A stretch of 63,698 nucleotides of DNA, the filler included, from Collodictyon triciliatum (lineage: Eukaryota): assembly GCA_043381765.1 (NCBI GenBank). It is 6 parts of 6 records of this genome, joined end to end, with 100 filler letters (N's around TTAATTAATTAA, not from the genome) between each part and the next. Parts side by side here need not be neighbours in the genome. Positions count along the whole stretch, not along the records: positions 24,865 to 37,189 come from JBHJMP010002199.1; positions 37,290 to 49,614 come from JBHJMP010002200.1; 4 more parts are not named here. One strand, written 5' to 3'. The position numbers were made by a program, and so were the translations under genes. The notes under the pieces are model-generated. The model saw only the letters and a list, made by a program, of their open reading frames with translations. It had not been told where the DNA came from and made no database searches. This document shows positions 32,427 through 45,700 of the stretch, one piece after another; within the stretch, counting starts at the first letter, position 1; each line of letters starts with the position of its first letter.

Positions 32427-35400
32427 TCAATTGGGTATGTTTAACTGGCGCTCATATGCCGACCGTAAATAGAAGTTTAAGTCATTGACAAGAACTTTAC
32501 CAGACTAAGCATTTAGGTTTAAACATAATAGTTAAACGATTAATCAACGGTTCAACTATTAGGTGAAAAGGGGAGCATATGTCTTCTTACAAACAATAGA
32601 GCTACTTACATTTGAGAGACTGATGCGCTTGATGATTCTTGCCGTGAGATTACGGACTTGTGCATTCTTGTGTAATAACCCAGTCGCCACGAAAGTTAAG
32701 CCTCCTTCAATTTCGGGGATGGCGCCAAGGAACTAAAATATGGACTGATTGTGAAAGACTTTGTACAGGAATGTGCGAGTTGGTAGGGAACAAAAACCAT
32801 CTTGAACATGTCGACATAATGGATTGTTACTTCGTTTAAATTGATGTCGCTTTCTATGCCCTCCAATAACTGCTGATATAATTCAAGGATTTGGCTCTCT
32901 TTGGACTCTTTTTGGTTTCTTAATCGAAAGGAAATGGCGCGAAAGTCGTTGAATTCTTGATTAGATGTTTGTGCGATAGCTTTGGTTTTTTGAATCTCCT
33001 GCAATATTGAGATAGTTTATCTCTGGGATTGCCCAATTTGAACCATATCAAGATGTTTTTTTTAATCAAACCAATATTTGACAAATCCAATTCTATATTA
33101 AATGCAAAAGTAATTAAAGACAACTTACACTCTCGTAGAGAAGATATGTTTGTGTTTTTTGGATATATTCCATTCTTTTCCTGTTAATTTCTTGAAATTT
33201 GCGCTGTTCTGAAGAACCTCCAATATATTCTGCTCGAGTGCCGACATTCAAAATTTGTCTTACATAACTCTGAACCATGTGACGAATTCTTGCTTCACCG
33301 TAATTCGATTCGATTCCGGTTAATATCTATCAATGTGGAAAATGTAAATTAATCAGGTATATATTGGACATTTAAAAGTGAGTAATTATCTTTTGAGGGG
33401 AAAATGTTCAAGATAAATACCGTATCCATCACGCATACATTAAAACAATGCTTTTTTTTTTGCATTTTTTTTATCGAAACAGAAATACAGTGGTGCTCCA
33501 ATAAAGAAATTGTGTTTTCAAGTATAAAATATATAGTTTGAGAAAACCTGGTCCGAGGTTCTCTTATCTAAATCTACGAAAGGCATTTCCATAAAGTCGA
33601 TGTGATTTGGATCGCTGAAGAAGGGACTAAATATCACTCGACCAGTAGATATATCACAAAGAATATCCCACAATTCCATTTTCTCTTCAAACATAGGATT
33701 GCTGACACCAGCGATAAAACCAACACTGCATCATGTTTTTCATAGTCAGACTAAAAATATATTCAAATAAAAAAGCAATCTTGATAACTTTTTCTATATA
33801 TAAAAAAACAATCTGGAGATCAACCTTTCGCTTATTGTGGTGATTAAGTTTAGACTGGCATATGGGTACGTGCGAAGTACAATATTCTTGAGCGGTGGGC
33901 AAACCATCAGAAGGCCTAGAATGTTAACACATATCGCCATGTCATCAATGGATAAAATTCTACAAGGATGTATTGGCTTGTTTTATGACTTTTATTTTAA
34001 GGAAATATTACATGAGAGGACCGCGTTGCAGATGTCCTCCACTTTTGATTGGTTACCAACGAAAAGAATTCTTTTTTCCATCAAAATGCAATTCAAAATA
34101 ATCATAAAATCGGAGGGAAATCTTTTGATAAGTTTGATTACTGAAGCCTGCGGATGTCGGTATGTATGGTAAGTTAGGAGAAAAATATATGCATCTACTA
34201 TGGGAAGTATAAATACAGGTTTACTAGATTACATTTCCAACTTCATCGGCATAATAATGCAACGGGATGTCCAACTTATATGTCTCTTCTCCTAAAGTAG
34301 CTGTGAGCGTTTGGTGATCTGGCTTTGGATAGGGCAACCATAAACCTCTGACAAACTTTATTTTATGTCATTAGAACGAGTTTAAGAGAACAGTAAACTT
34401 TTCATAATAGACATTATATTCATAAAAAAAAAAAAAGAAACGGTCATATTTTTACTTTTTAGAATTTTTTTATTACAACGTATTTCTTATTGCCACTTTG
34501 ATTTTTCGTGTAGAGTAGTCAATTTAAAAGGTATTTGCTGCGTTCATGAGAAATTAAGCAGGATTACGGAAAAGAATAGTCACCTTCTTCTGGGAATGCG
34601 TTAATCTTTGTAATAAATCGAAATCCATCAAATTAATCGCGTTGAACAATTCTTTCAGAATATTTTCTGATGGCTCCTGAAAATATTTATCTAGACTGAC
34701 TTCAATCAGATTCTACACAAAGAAAAAAATAGCAGTCAGAAATATTTTATTTAGAAAACTATCTCTTGGTAAAGGAATATGTAATATTGCGTGGTAGTCG
34801 CATTAAATGTGAAAAGAAAGCGATTATATAGATGAATGCAAAACTTTTTATTCTACGAGTGACAAAAGCGTATCTGAATAAAAGACCAGGTGTAAAAAAA
34901 AAGCTTTATAAAAGGGGGAAGAAAACTGTATATTTACCTTGTATATATGGACGAAGGGGAAATAAGAGCATATCCCTAGTGACTTTAGGGAGGCACCTCT
35001 GCGAAGAGATGTATCAAGTACCAGCCTTGAAATACACATGCAATAAAGGAAGTGGTCTCCGTCACATGGGAAATTCATATCAAGGTATGTTCCACCAGAT
35101 AAATATCTTTCCTCTTCATATATACAGTCGAGGAGAAAATTGTCATGCGATGAGGATGCCCCCCATTTAATAATAAACGAATCAAATACTGCCGCAGAGT
35201 CTTCACCAGCGAACCGAAACCCTATTATAATATAATTGAAATTAAAGGCGAGGCTACAGAGTGAAAAAGACGAAGGTAGTCCGAGTAAAATAGAAATTAG
35301 TGACCTGAATGGGCCATGAAACATTACAGCCAGGATAAATGGTTTTTAATTATAAAGATAATAATTTATAGATTTTCTCTCAATAAACTGTTGAAATGAA

Positions 35401-36138
35401 AACAAATAGATAATGATATAGATGAACAAAAAAACCATTTATATATATGTGTGTGTGTTTTACCAAAGGTACACCCCTCTTTAATTTTCAAAACTCGAAA
35501 TAAGTCTCCCTCTTGGCTTACTTCTATGTTATCAAGATAGCAACTATAATGGCAAAAAAATAAAATAAAAAAAAGAGTCACAGCGTTGAATCAATAATGG
35601 CTTCATACTATTACAATTGTAAAGAATTAGAAGCAAATTTGTGATCAAAATTGATGCCGAAATCTACAACTTGTAAAAAGTCTCACATTCTGTGTGTTCT
35701 CTTTGTATTTTTTGCTAGTATTATATTATTGCGAAGCATAATCCAGCTGACTTCAGATTCCCCGTCCAGAGCTATGAATTCTAATTGACATGGGTGATAG
35801 TATAGTTAATAGAAATTATGAATGATATGTAAAGAAAAACTATGATATAACATGTCAATAGATGTATGATATCGATGAAATAAATAGTTCAATAATAGAT
35901 ATATTTCTAGGATTGTCAATGTCGAGACGAACCGCCATCCTTTTTCATATAAATGATCGCTTGGATGCCGCCCTCGGTCTTACTGATTTCATTTATATCG
36001 AAATTTAATCAACAGTGTAATACAGATACTAGTCAATGATAATTCTGATAAACTCTCATTTGTCGCATCCAACCGTGAATTCTTACATTTGTTCAATGTC
36101 CTCTTTCTGTTCCCATTGGTGTTGCAGTCATTCCGAAG

Positions 36139-36235
<97 letters not shown>

Positions 36236-36634
36236 TAAAGATGAAATGCACTTTCCAGCATGTTAAAATAAAAGGGACTCTTATTCAATATGTTAATAGA
36301 TATTAAAGAAAGAATGTCATCAAGTACATAAGGAGCCAGTGCCATCCTATCAGAAGGATCCACCCTCATAAAAAAAGTGATACAGTCGCTTTCCCATTTA
36401 TGCCCACCATCAGGAAGCATTAAGGAACCAAGTATGCTGTAAACATTAATGGTATTGATTAGATAAGCGCAACATACGCAAATAGTGGTTCTTGTAAATT
36501 AAGTCTATAACAAACTCTGGTGGCATTGGGGACGGCTGTGGGTATTGATGGCGTACAGTCACGCCACGGTCGATATCAAACTCGGCTAGCATCACATATT
36601 CGACCGGTAGTGCGTTTCTTGCCTCCGCACTCAT
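32427..36634 (-). CDS. Afi1/MesA (DENN-like; Afi1 N-terminal and SPA domains) protein
   Basis: [45 protein letters not shown]...[67 protein letters not shown]. Stop TGA at 32427-32429. Confidence 0.85.
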
Positions 36635-36947
36635 AACTCCCTGTTGAAGATAGGGTGAAAAAAGTGTTTATGTACGAAGGATTGTGGTTTTGAAACTACC
36701 CCACACCCTTGTTTTCTCTTTTCTTTCTCTCTGTTCAGTCGGCTCAGAAAAAAAGTTGATATTCGTCCTATCTCGCACGGAAGAAATGGTTTACTTATTT
36801 TATTTACCAATTAAGTCCCTTTGACAAGATCTCTATGAAGTCAGAGGCGATCGTATTGTTTGGGGTTGAGGGTACAGCGTGGGTTGCGTCTGTAGGTTCC
36901 AAAATATTCAGGAAACCCCAACAGAGGTTATGTGAATGTCGATCGTT

Positions 36948-37189
36948 TATGTATGTATGTATGTATGTATGTATGTATGTATGTATGTATGTATGTATGT
37001 ATGTATGTATGTATGTATGTATGTATGTATGTATGTATGTATGTATGTATGTATGTATGTATGTATGTATGTATGTATGTATGTATGTATGTATGTATGT
37101 ATGTATGTATGTATGTATGTATGTATGTATGTATGTATGTATGTATGTATGTATGTATGTATGTATGTATGTATGTATGTATGTATGTA
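36948..37189. repeat. (ATGT)n microsatellite at a contig end
   Basis: Visible directly in the sequence. Confidence 0.95.
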
Positions 37190-37289
37190 NNNNNNNNNNN
37201 NNNNNNNNNNNNNNNNNNNNNNNNNNNNNNNNNTTAATTAATTAANNNNNNNNNNNNNNNNNNNNNNNNNNNNNNNNNNNNNNNNNNNN

Positions 37290-37334
<45 letters not shown>

Positions 37335-37508
37335 AAAAAAACAAAAAAACAAAAAAAAAACAAAAAAACAAAAAAACAAAAAAAACAAAAAAAACAAAAA
37401 CAAAAACAAAAACAAAAACAAAACAAAAAAAGACAACAGCAGAGTAAAATCTAAGGCAGCCTGGAATATAAAGAACAGTATAGAAGCAACTAAGCAGTAT
37501 GGCAGGGT

Positions 37509-38829
37509 TTTGAACACAGAGCCGATGTTTGGGTGGTGGTTTCGGGACCCACGGGACTGCGGATTTTTTGTCGGGGGTATTCTGTACGGGGTCCACTGGG
37601 GCGTTCACCTGTGCATCACATTCCCAAGCCTCATTCTGTTTCTGCTGGGACTCATTGTGCTCCTTCCGGTGCGGGGACTGGAAGGGTGGGCGCAGAGGCG
37701 GTTCGGAGTGAGGTGGGAGCAGATGTTTATCTTCCACTACGTGTCCGTGTCAGCGCGGTTCCTCATACTCCTGATGGGGCTCCGGGTGGAGGTGAGCGGG
37801 GCGGAGGCGCTGGAGGGCATGGCGAGGGCGGAGACGTCTGGAGAGCAGAGACGCCAGATGGAGGACAGCCACAACAACCACAGCCACAGCCACAGCCACA
37901 GCCACAGCCACAACAACAATGACAGCGCGGGGGAGTGGCGCGGGTGCGTGCTGGTGTTCAACCACTACTCGCTGCTGGACGGGATCCTGCTGACGGGGCA
38001 CTGCCCGCTGGCGCACTCGTACGTGGCCAAGGCCGAGCTGCTGTGGTACCCGCTGGTCAACATCGGGATGTGGGTGATGGGGCACTTCTTTGTGGACCGG
38101 GGCAACCGGCAGCAGGCCACGGAGGCGCTGCACCAGGCGGCGGAGCTTCTGCGGCGGCGCAGGCGGTGCATCGCCATCAGCCCGGAGGGCACGCGGTCGC
38201 ACGACGGGCGGCTGGGGGCCTTCAAGAAAGGGCCGTTCCACCTGGCCGGTGCGGCGGGCGTCCCCATCGTGCCGTGCGCCATCCACGGCGCCTTCCGCAG
38301 CTGGCCGCGGCACTCGTGGGCGCCGCACCCCGGGCACATCCGCATCGTCTTCGGCCGCCCCATCCCCGCCCCGGCCCCGCACGCCGTCCTCGCCACCGTC
38401 CCGCCGCCCCTGCTGCAGCGCCTGGCCCCGCGAAGCCTGGCGGCCCTGGCAGCCTCGGCCCTGGCCCGCACGCCCGCCGCCCCCGACATCTCCGACGCCT
38501 CCGACGCCCTGCGCCTGGTGCCGGACAAGGCCCTCCACGCTCTGGCTCGCGACTGCTGGGCCATGGCCGTGTGGGATGCGCTGCGCTCGATGCTGCTCGA
38601 GACCCAGCCCGATGGCCTCGCCAATCGCCCCTCCTGGTCCCACCACGAACCGCACGACGCACACACACACGCCCACGCCCACACACACATCCATGTCTTG
38701 CCAACAGACGCGCCCTCGGCACTCGCGTCCGACAGTCCGTGCCACGAGGCTGTCAGGTCTCTGCCCTCGCTGAGTCCTGAGCAGAGCCACCAACAGACCC
38801 AGCCGCTCCCGCACCAAGTGCTGGAGTAG
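37509..38829 (+). CDS. 1-acyl-sn-glycerol-3-phosphate acyltransferase (LPAAT/PlsC family); start uncertain near contig edge
   Basis: Motifs FNHYSLLD, YVAKAEL, HFFVDRGN, ISPEGTRS, FKKGPFHLA, VPIVP, and an N-terminal hydrophobic helix. Confidence 0.92.
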
Positions 38830-39399
38830 ATTGGTATACATAGTTGTGTTGCTTTTGTTTCTTGCTATTTCCTTATTTTCGTTTATATCAATCTCGCAGT
38901 GTGATTATTCCTACGCCATCCACCCGGTGCGCCTTTCCGCGACTCTGGTGGTAGATGGTTGCCTCTTGACAAATAAATAAAGTATGACAGTGGTTTGTGG
39001 GGGCAGCAGTGGGCAGCGGCAATCGGAAATGGGAGGAAACCATCCGATTGGGTCAAAAGCAAACAACGGATGTGCGAGCGAAAACACACAGTCGCCGTTC
39101 AGAGAGGGGCGTTGTGTGCGCGGGGTTTTATATTCCACTTTTGAGCATATTCATTGTATGTGGTGTAACTTTGTAAAAGAATCAACAAACCCAAGCCTAC
39201 CGCCTTGTTTTCAAGAAAGGTATCTTCGACGCTGCTCTCGTTGTCTCATCGCCCTGATCACTTTCAACTTTAGAGCAGCACAGAAAGAACTTGAAACCGA
39301 CCGCCCTCATATTCGCTCAAAAACTGGTTTATTAAAAGCAGTAGTGAAACATAAGCTTTCGACGATCTGAACTTTTTTTTTTCTTACAGGGAAAGACAA

Positions 39400-40908
39400 A
39401 TGCCACCGAAGGTTAGTCCAGCAACTCTCTTTCCTCTCTTCCTTATTTTTTCTCGACTGTTTCCATCAATCTTTTCTTTCAAGTCAAGGCGCTTTTAGTT
39501 TCCTTTTGTCTTTTGGACTCCTTTTCCATACCTATTATTATACACATGTTCAAGAATTGTGCGCATAGAAAATTTTATTCTGGACATAGCTATTTTCGCA
39601 TCGGTGAGTGTGCGACCTTTTATTTTTTTTTTGACTTTTTTTTTTTCCCTTTTGAACAACGCATAGCAAGAACCAAAGTTGTTCTGGGTAAAGGATGAGA
39701 AAGAGGGATTCGTTCTTGTCGAAGCTCATCCAAGAGAACCCGAAAAGTACATCATGCGCACCAAAACTGGGGTATGTTCTGGTATAAGTAAATAATCTTT
39801 ACTGTGTTTAGTCAGAAATATTTACACGCTGATACAGAGTATCTTTTATTCGATTATATGTTTAACATAACTTGGCCATGTGCGCTGCTACATGAATGGA
39901 GACTAATTTTCTTATTTATGTTTTTATTCTCATCAATATTATTCGCCTTCGCGTCCCGCGATCATAGCAAAAAGAATATACAGGCAGAGTTTGGCCGGCC
40001 AATCCAAACGATCAAGATGGTGTACCTGACAACACACAACTTATGCATCTTCATGAGCCTGGAGTGTTGCACAATATTCGTTCACGATACACAAAAGATG
40101 AGATATATGTAATGTATTCTTGAAATACTTTTCATCATTATATATTACTTTGAATTATTTTATTGGTAATCTTATGATCATAGTTATTTTCAAAAAGAAT
40201 TTTTTTCTAAAAAAACGTCGCATCTCTCACTTTATCATTTTTCTTTCCTTCTCCATCACACAGTCATACACGGGATACATACTCATTGCAGTGAATCCTT
40301 ATAAACCATTGAGAATGTACTCTGATGAAATGATACAAGAATATCGAGGAAAATCAATGGGAGCACGTCCTCCTCATGTCTTTGCCGTAGCCGATCGTGC
40401 CTATCGTCTAATGAAATCAGGTGTGTAAAATAATGAGCACAAATAAGCGATAATGAAAAACCATCCTATACAATTTAACCCGTTATTCGCGAATTGAATC
40501 CATTACATTTATACATCTTTTATATAAAAAACCAGACGCCACAAGCCAATCAATCCTCATCAGGTGGACTACCTTGTGCTTCTATCATGCCTTTGCTGAA
40601 TTCGGCTTTTTATATAAACTGAGGAGCACTATGAAATATTTCCATTGAGAAGTTATTTTGAGTCCCATTACAGTTAAAATGTTTCTAATCAATTTAATCA
40701 TCTATCTGATTCTTCAGTGGTGAGTCTGGTGCTGGAAAAACTGAGACTAGCAAATATGTGATGAAATTTTTGGTTAAGGTATCCCCATTGCACATTTTTT
40801 TAAATCTTTCATTAATTAACGCGGTATCGAGACGAAGAATCACTAAAAAAATAAAATAAATTCTTTTATTATATCCAATCATAATCTTTCTTTTCTTTTC
40901 TTACTTTC

Positions 40909-41001
<93 letters not shown>

Positions 41002-41594
41002 GAAAAGATAAAATTGAGAAGGAACAAAACCTCTTATTTAATTATCGAACTTTTCAGGTCGGAGGACGAAGTGAAGCGGGAAGTGAAGTTGAAGATAGAA
41101 TATTGGAAAGCAACCCCTTGATGGAAGCATTTGGAAATGCCAAAACCATCCGAAATAACAATTCATCACGCTTTGTAATTTTTAAATAACTAATTAAGCA
41201 GTAAAAATTTTATTTCATGTGTTATTAACTTCAAATGTCTACAGATGACGGTATCTTTGGTATTTGTGTGATATCTATGATTGAGTGTTAAAACGTAATA
41301 GGGTAAATACATGGAGCTTCAATTTAACAGTTCGTATCAAGTATCTGGGAGCAAAATCACAACGTGTATGAATCATTCGTTATCATTTAATTTCTATATA
41401 AAAATCACAAATCTTATTCTGAGTTTTTGGTTTTCTATTCTCCATTTCTATGAGGCATATTACCAACATTCTCAAAAATGATTCGAGTCCTACGCCTTTC
41501 CTTTTTTAAAAAATGTCGTATTAACTAATTTACTTACACAAACAGATTTGCTTGAGCAGGTTGAGTTTAATTTCTCAAAATCTAGTGGTCTATT

Positions 41595-41628
<34 letters not shown>

Positions 41629-41637
41629 TTATATTTT

Positions 41638-41673
<36 letters not shown>

Positions 41674-42664
41674 TGTTTTTTTACATAGAATTTAACTTGT
41701 TAATACTCAGTCCAAATATGTGCTTTACACTTTCTGCATTTTAGCTATTGACCCATTTCATTCCAGACTAGAATAGTCCACCAATCGAAAAATGAACGCA
41801 ACTATCATATCTTTTATCAACTCTGTGCTGGTGCAACGAAGGAGGAGAAAGGTGAAATGACACTGATGCTAATGATTCGCAATACATGCATTCACAAATC
41901 TTATCTCTTGACCTACACACATCAGCTGCTTTGAAATTGGGATCTGCCGATTCGTATTACTACCTCAACCAGGGTAGCGCATGCAGTATAGCCGGTGTTG
42001 ATGATGCCAAAGATTTTGGTCACGTTAGGGTAAGTTTTACTACTGTTCTATTTTGATAAAAAAAAAAAAAGAAGTATCAATCATGAGAATTTGACCAACT
42101 CCTTGAGCACAATTTGATTAGTGCCCATCTTGGGATGTTCACCATAATAAATAAGAATTAACAAGCAGAGAAATAATGTTGCCAATCATACTATAATGAA
42201 AAAATAATTTTTTGAGAATGGATAGGCAAAAAAAAAAAAAAAGCGAAGATCCTTTTCCTTTAGTGATATTTTTCAATAGGCATCGATGACATGTATGAAA
42301 CTCTCTACAGAAACACAGTTTGAAGTCATGAAAATTCTTGCTGGGTTGCTCCATTTAGGGAACATTAAGTTTGTAGGAAATCGGAGTGACGAAGCCACAA
42401 TATCCAATATAGAAGGTCTCTGTCTCTTTTTTCTTTCTTATTTGGTTAAATTATCTCACAATATTCACCCGTAGACCTATATCAGAATATTATATAGACA
42501 ATATATCATTAATTTATCCATTTGCCAATCAAAATACAGTCTTCTAATGTTTTCTTCTAATTTTTTTGAACCCTATACAAAAATAAAAGCTGCGGAAAAT
42601 GCATCGTCAGTTCTTGGAATCTCATTGGAGGCCTTAGTAAATTTTCAAGCACCACCAAAAGCAA

Positions 42665-42762
<98 letters not shown>

Positions 42763-45700
42763 CAATAATAATAATAATAATCTTCCAATTGATATTTTAT
42801 TTGCTTTGGGTTAGCTTTTTTTATTACATACTTATGTAACATATCCCAACAGACTGAGGTCTTGCTGAGTAGAAAGATGAAAACTAGAAATGAATCTTTC
42901 TTGATTAAGTTCAAGTCACAAGAGGTTATTTTTTTCTTTGTTATTTTCTAATTGTATTACTATTTATTTATTTTTTTTGGACAGCTTCGATATCATGGAT
43001 TGAACCTCTATATTTTACTCAGACATAAATTAGGCCAATTTCTAAACCATAGATTGTCCTTCATAATAGGCTGCTGACCAACGTGACGTTTTTGTCAAAT
43101 TGGTATACACCAGGCTCTTTGACTGGCTCGTCCAACAAATCAATCTGAGTCTAGAATCGTAAGTAATAAATAACGCAGTTTTGAATTGATGAAGAGGCGT
43201 ACCCATAAGAAACGAACTAAATCACCTATTTAACGGCCTTGTATGCTTTTAGGAGTGAGGATGAAGTATCGCACATAGGAATTCTCGATATTTTCGGCTT
43301 TGAAAGTTTTGAGGTATCCTAATGCCATTCCATTTTTGTTCCGGGTTATTTTTTTTCTCNNNNNNNNNNNNNNNNNNNNNNNNNNNNNNNNNNNNNNNNN
43401 NNNNNNNNNNNNNNNNNNNNNNNNNNNNNNNNNNNNNNNNNNNNNNNNNNNNNNNNNNNNNNNNNNNNNNNNNNNNNNNNNNNNNNNNNNNNNNNNNNNN
43501 NNNNNNNNGGTTTGTCATCTGAATCAGACTTTTCTCATAGGAAAATTCGTTTGAGCAACTTTGCATAAACTTTACGAACGAGACCCTACAAAATTATTTT
43601 AATGATTGCATCTTCACACAGGTTTATTTTCTTCTTTATTCGAGTTAATATTTCCGTAGTTTACTGACTATCCACCACTATAAAAGACTCTTGTTTAGAG
43701 TTTGTATTGCATGTATGTCTCGATATTTCCTGTCATAAATACTTATCTTTTCCAAAAATTATTAAGGAACTTGATTTATATCTTCGAGAGGGCATTATCG
43801 CACCAAATATTGAGTATCAAAACAACTCTGAAACGATGGAGCTCATTTCGAAGGTTTTGGCCACTCTTCTCTCCTACCCTTTTAATATATTTAAATACAG
43901 TGCATCTGCATTTATCTAGACCTCCGTGGTTGAACTCCACATCCCCATAAAATTTGACCATAATGAAAAAAATGATAGTGAGATAACTTACTTAAATTCT
44001 GATGAACTACCATTAGAAAAAAGTCGGAATATTCCCTATTCTCGACGAAGAAATGAGACTTCCAAAAGGAAAGGACTCTGCTTTTTCTGAAAAAGGTACA
44101 AATAAAAAGACTCGCTTAAATGAAAAAGTACTCTGATTTAGTAGATAATTCACATCGACATAAAGATTATTATTATTATATTCTTAATATAATTGAAATG
44201 CAATTAAAAACACATTGGTAATCTGATTCTGCAATAGTATTCTCATCGAATGCTAAACATGCAAGTCTGTTGAAGCCTCCAATTGGATTGACTAGTTCGG
44301 AAGCCTTTGTCGTTAAGCACTACGCTGGAAATGTTGGTTCACATCTTCTATAGTATAAATAATTCAGTGTCGAAGTTCGATTTTATGTTCATAAAGTGTT
44401 GGTTGTTCATCATATTGCATTACCTTACAAACAAACAAACAAACAAACAAACAAACAAACAAACAAACAAACAAACAAACAAACAAACAAACAAACAAAC
44501 AAACAAACAAACAAACAAACAAACAAACACATGAACAATAGGTATGTTACAAAGTCCAAAATTTCTTGCAAAAAAACAACGACATCAAACACCCCGATCA
44601 CATTGGAGTTATTAAAAAAAGTTCTCTTGGCTTATTGACACATGTATTCCATGCGGACGAATTTGAGGTTCATGGAGGTAAATATCTTTCTCATATACCT
44701 ATACACGAATTTTTGATGAATTAATTATACCATCTTACTATTACGATATATATTTGATAAAAGATTCCCACTATAATCTACCACTCACCATAGGAAGCAA
44801 TTTTAATTCGATAAGCCTCAGATTCTGCGTAATTCTCATTTCTCCATATAGCAGTTAATTCTCTCAACAATGTAAATGGTGATTTACGTGACTACTTATA
44901 CACTTTGGCTAATGTACCAAATAAATTTTAGAGATCTTTGGAGGACTTAATGACAAATCTCAAAACTACAGTATCCCACTTCATTCGTTGCATTAAACCG
45001 AATACTAAACAGAAGCCCGTGAGATTATTGATAGTATATTGCGCATTGATTTCGTGTCTATCAGTGGCCCAAAATTGTCTTGAAGACTGAATTATAATAT
45101 TTACTATATAGGCAATCTATGAAGGTGAAATGGTCCTTAGTCAACTTCGTTGCAATGGAATGATGGCTGCCCTTCAACTCATGCACAGCGGATATCCCAC
45201 GCGTTGTCCATATGATGACTTGCATCAAAGGTATACTGATGTAAATTGGCAGCATACCGTCGTATTTTTCTGCCTAATATTTAGTCAACTATTAGCTCAA
45301 ATTTGATAACTATATATGATGATTGTTATTTGGTAAAAGAAAATGTACATACCCTCTTTTTTCTTGTTTTTTTTTTGTTCCTATTTGTTCCCATTTTTTT
45401 TTTTTTTTTTTTTTTATACTCTATATTTTTGCTTGAAATCAATTTAATTCAGTTTTATTAATATCTAGATTCCGACCCATGCTGCCCCCAGTTTTGGGCA
45501 ATTTGAGCCCCCAAAACTTTTGTGAAGCCCTTTTGATGGCCTTGGATGTGAACCGAAACGATTATGCCCTTGGCTTTACGAAGCTCTTTTTCAAAGCCGG
45601 GAAAGTATGAGATTTAAATCACCTTTTAATCACGCGATTCTTTGTATCGAATAAGTGGGGGAATATCTTAACCACACGACTAGAATTTGAAGAAATTTAT

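Noticed and set aside
43314-43540. U12-type intron (GTATCCTA donor)
   Set aside because: Imperfect match to GTATCCTT, and no U12 branch point is visible; the intron is interrupted by a gap.
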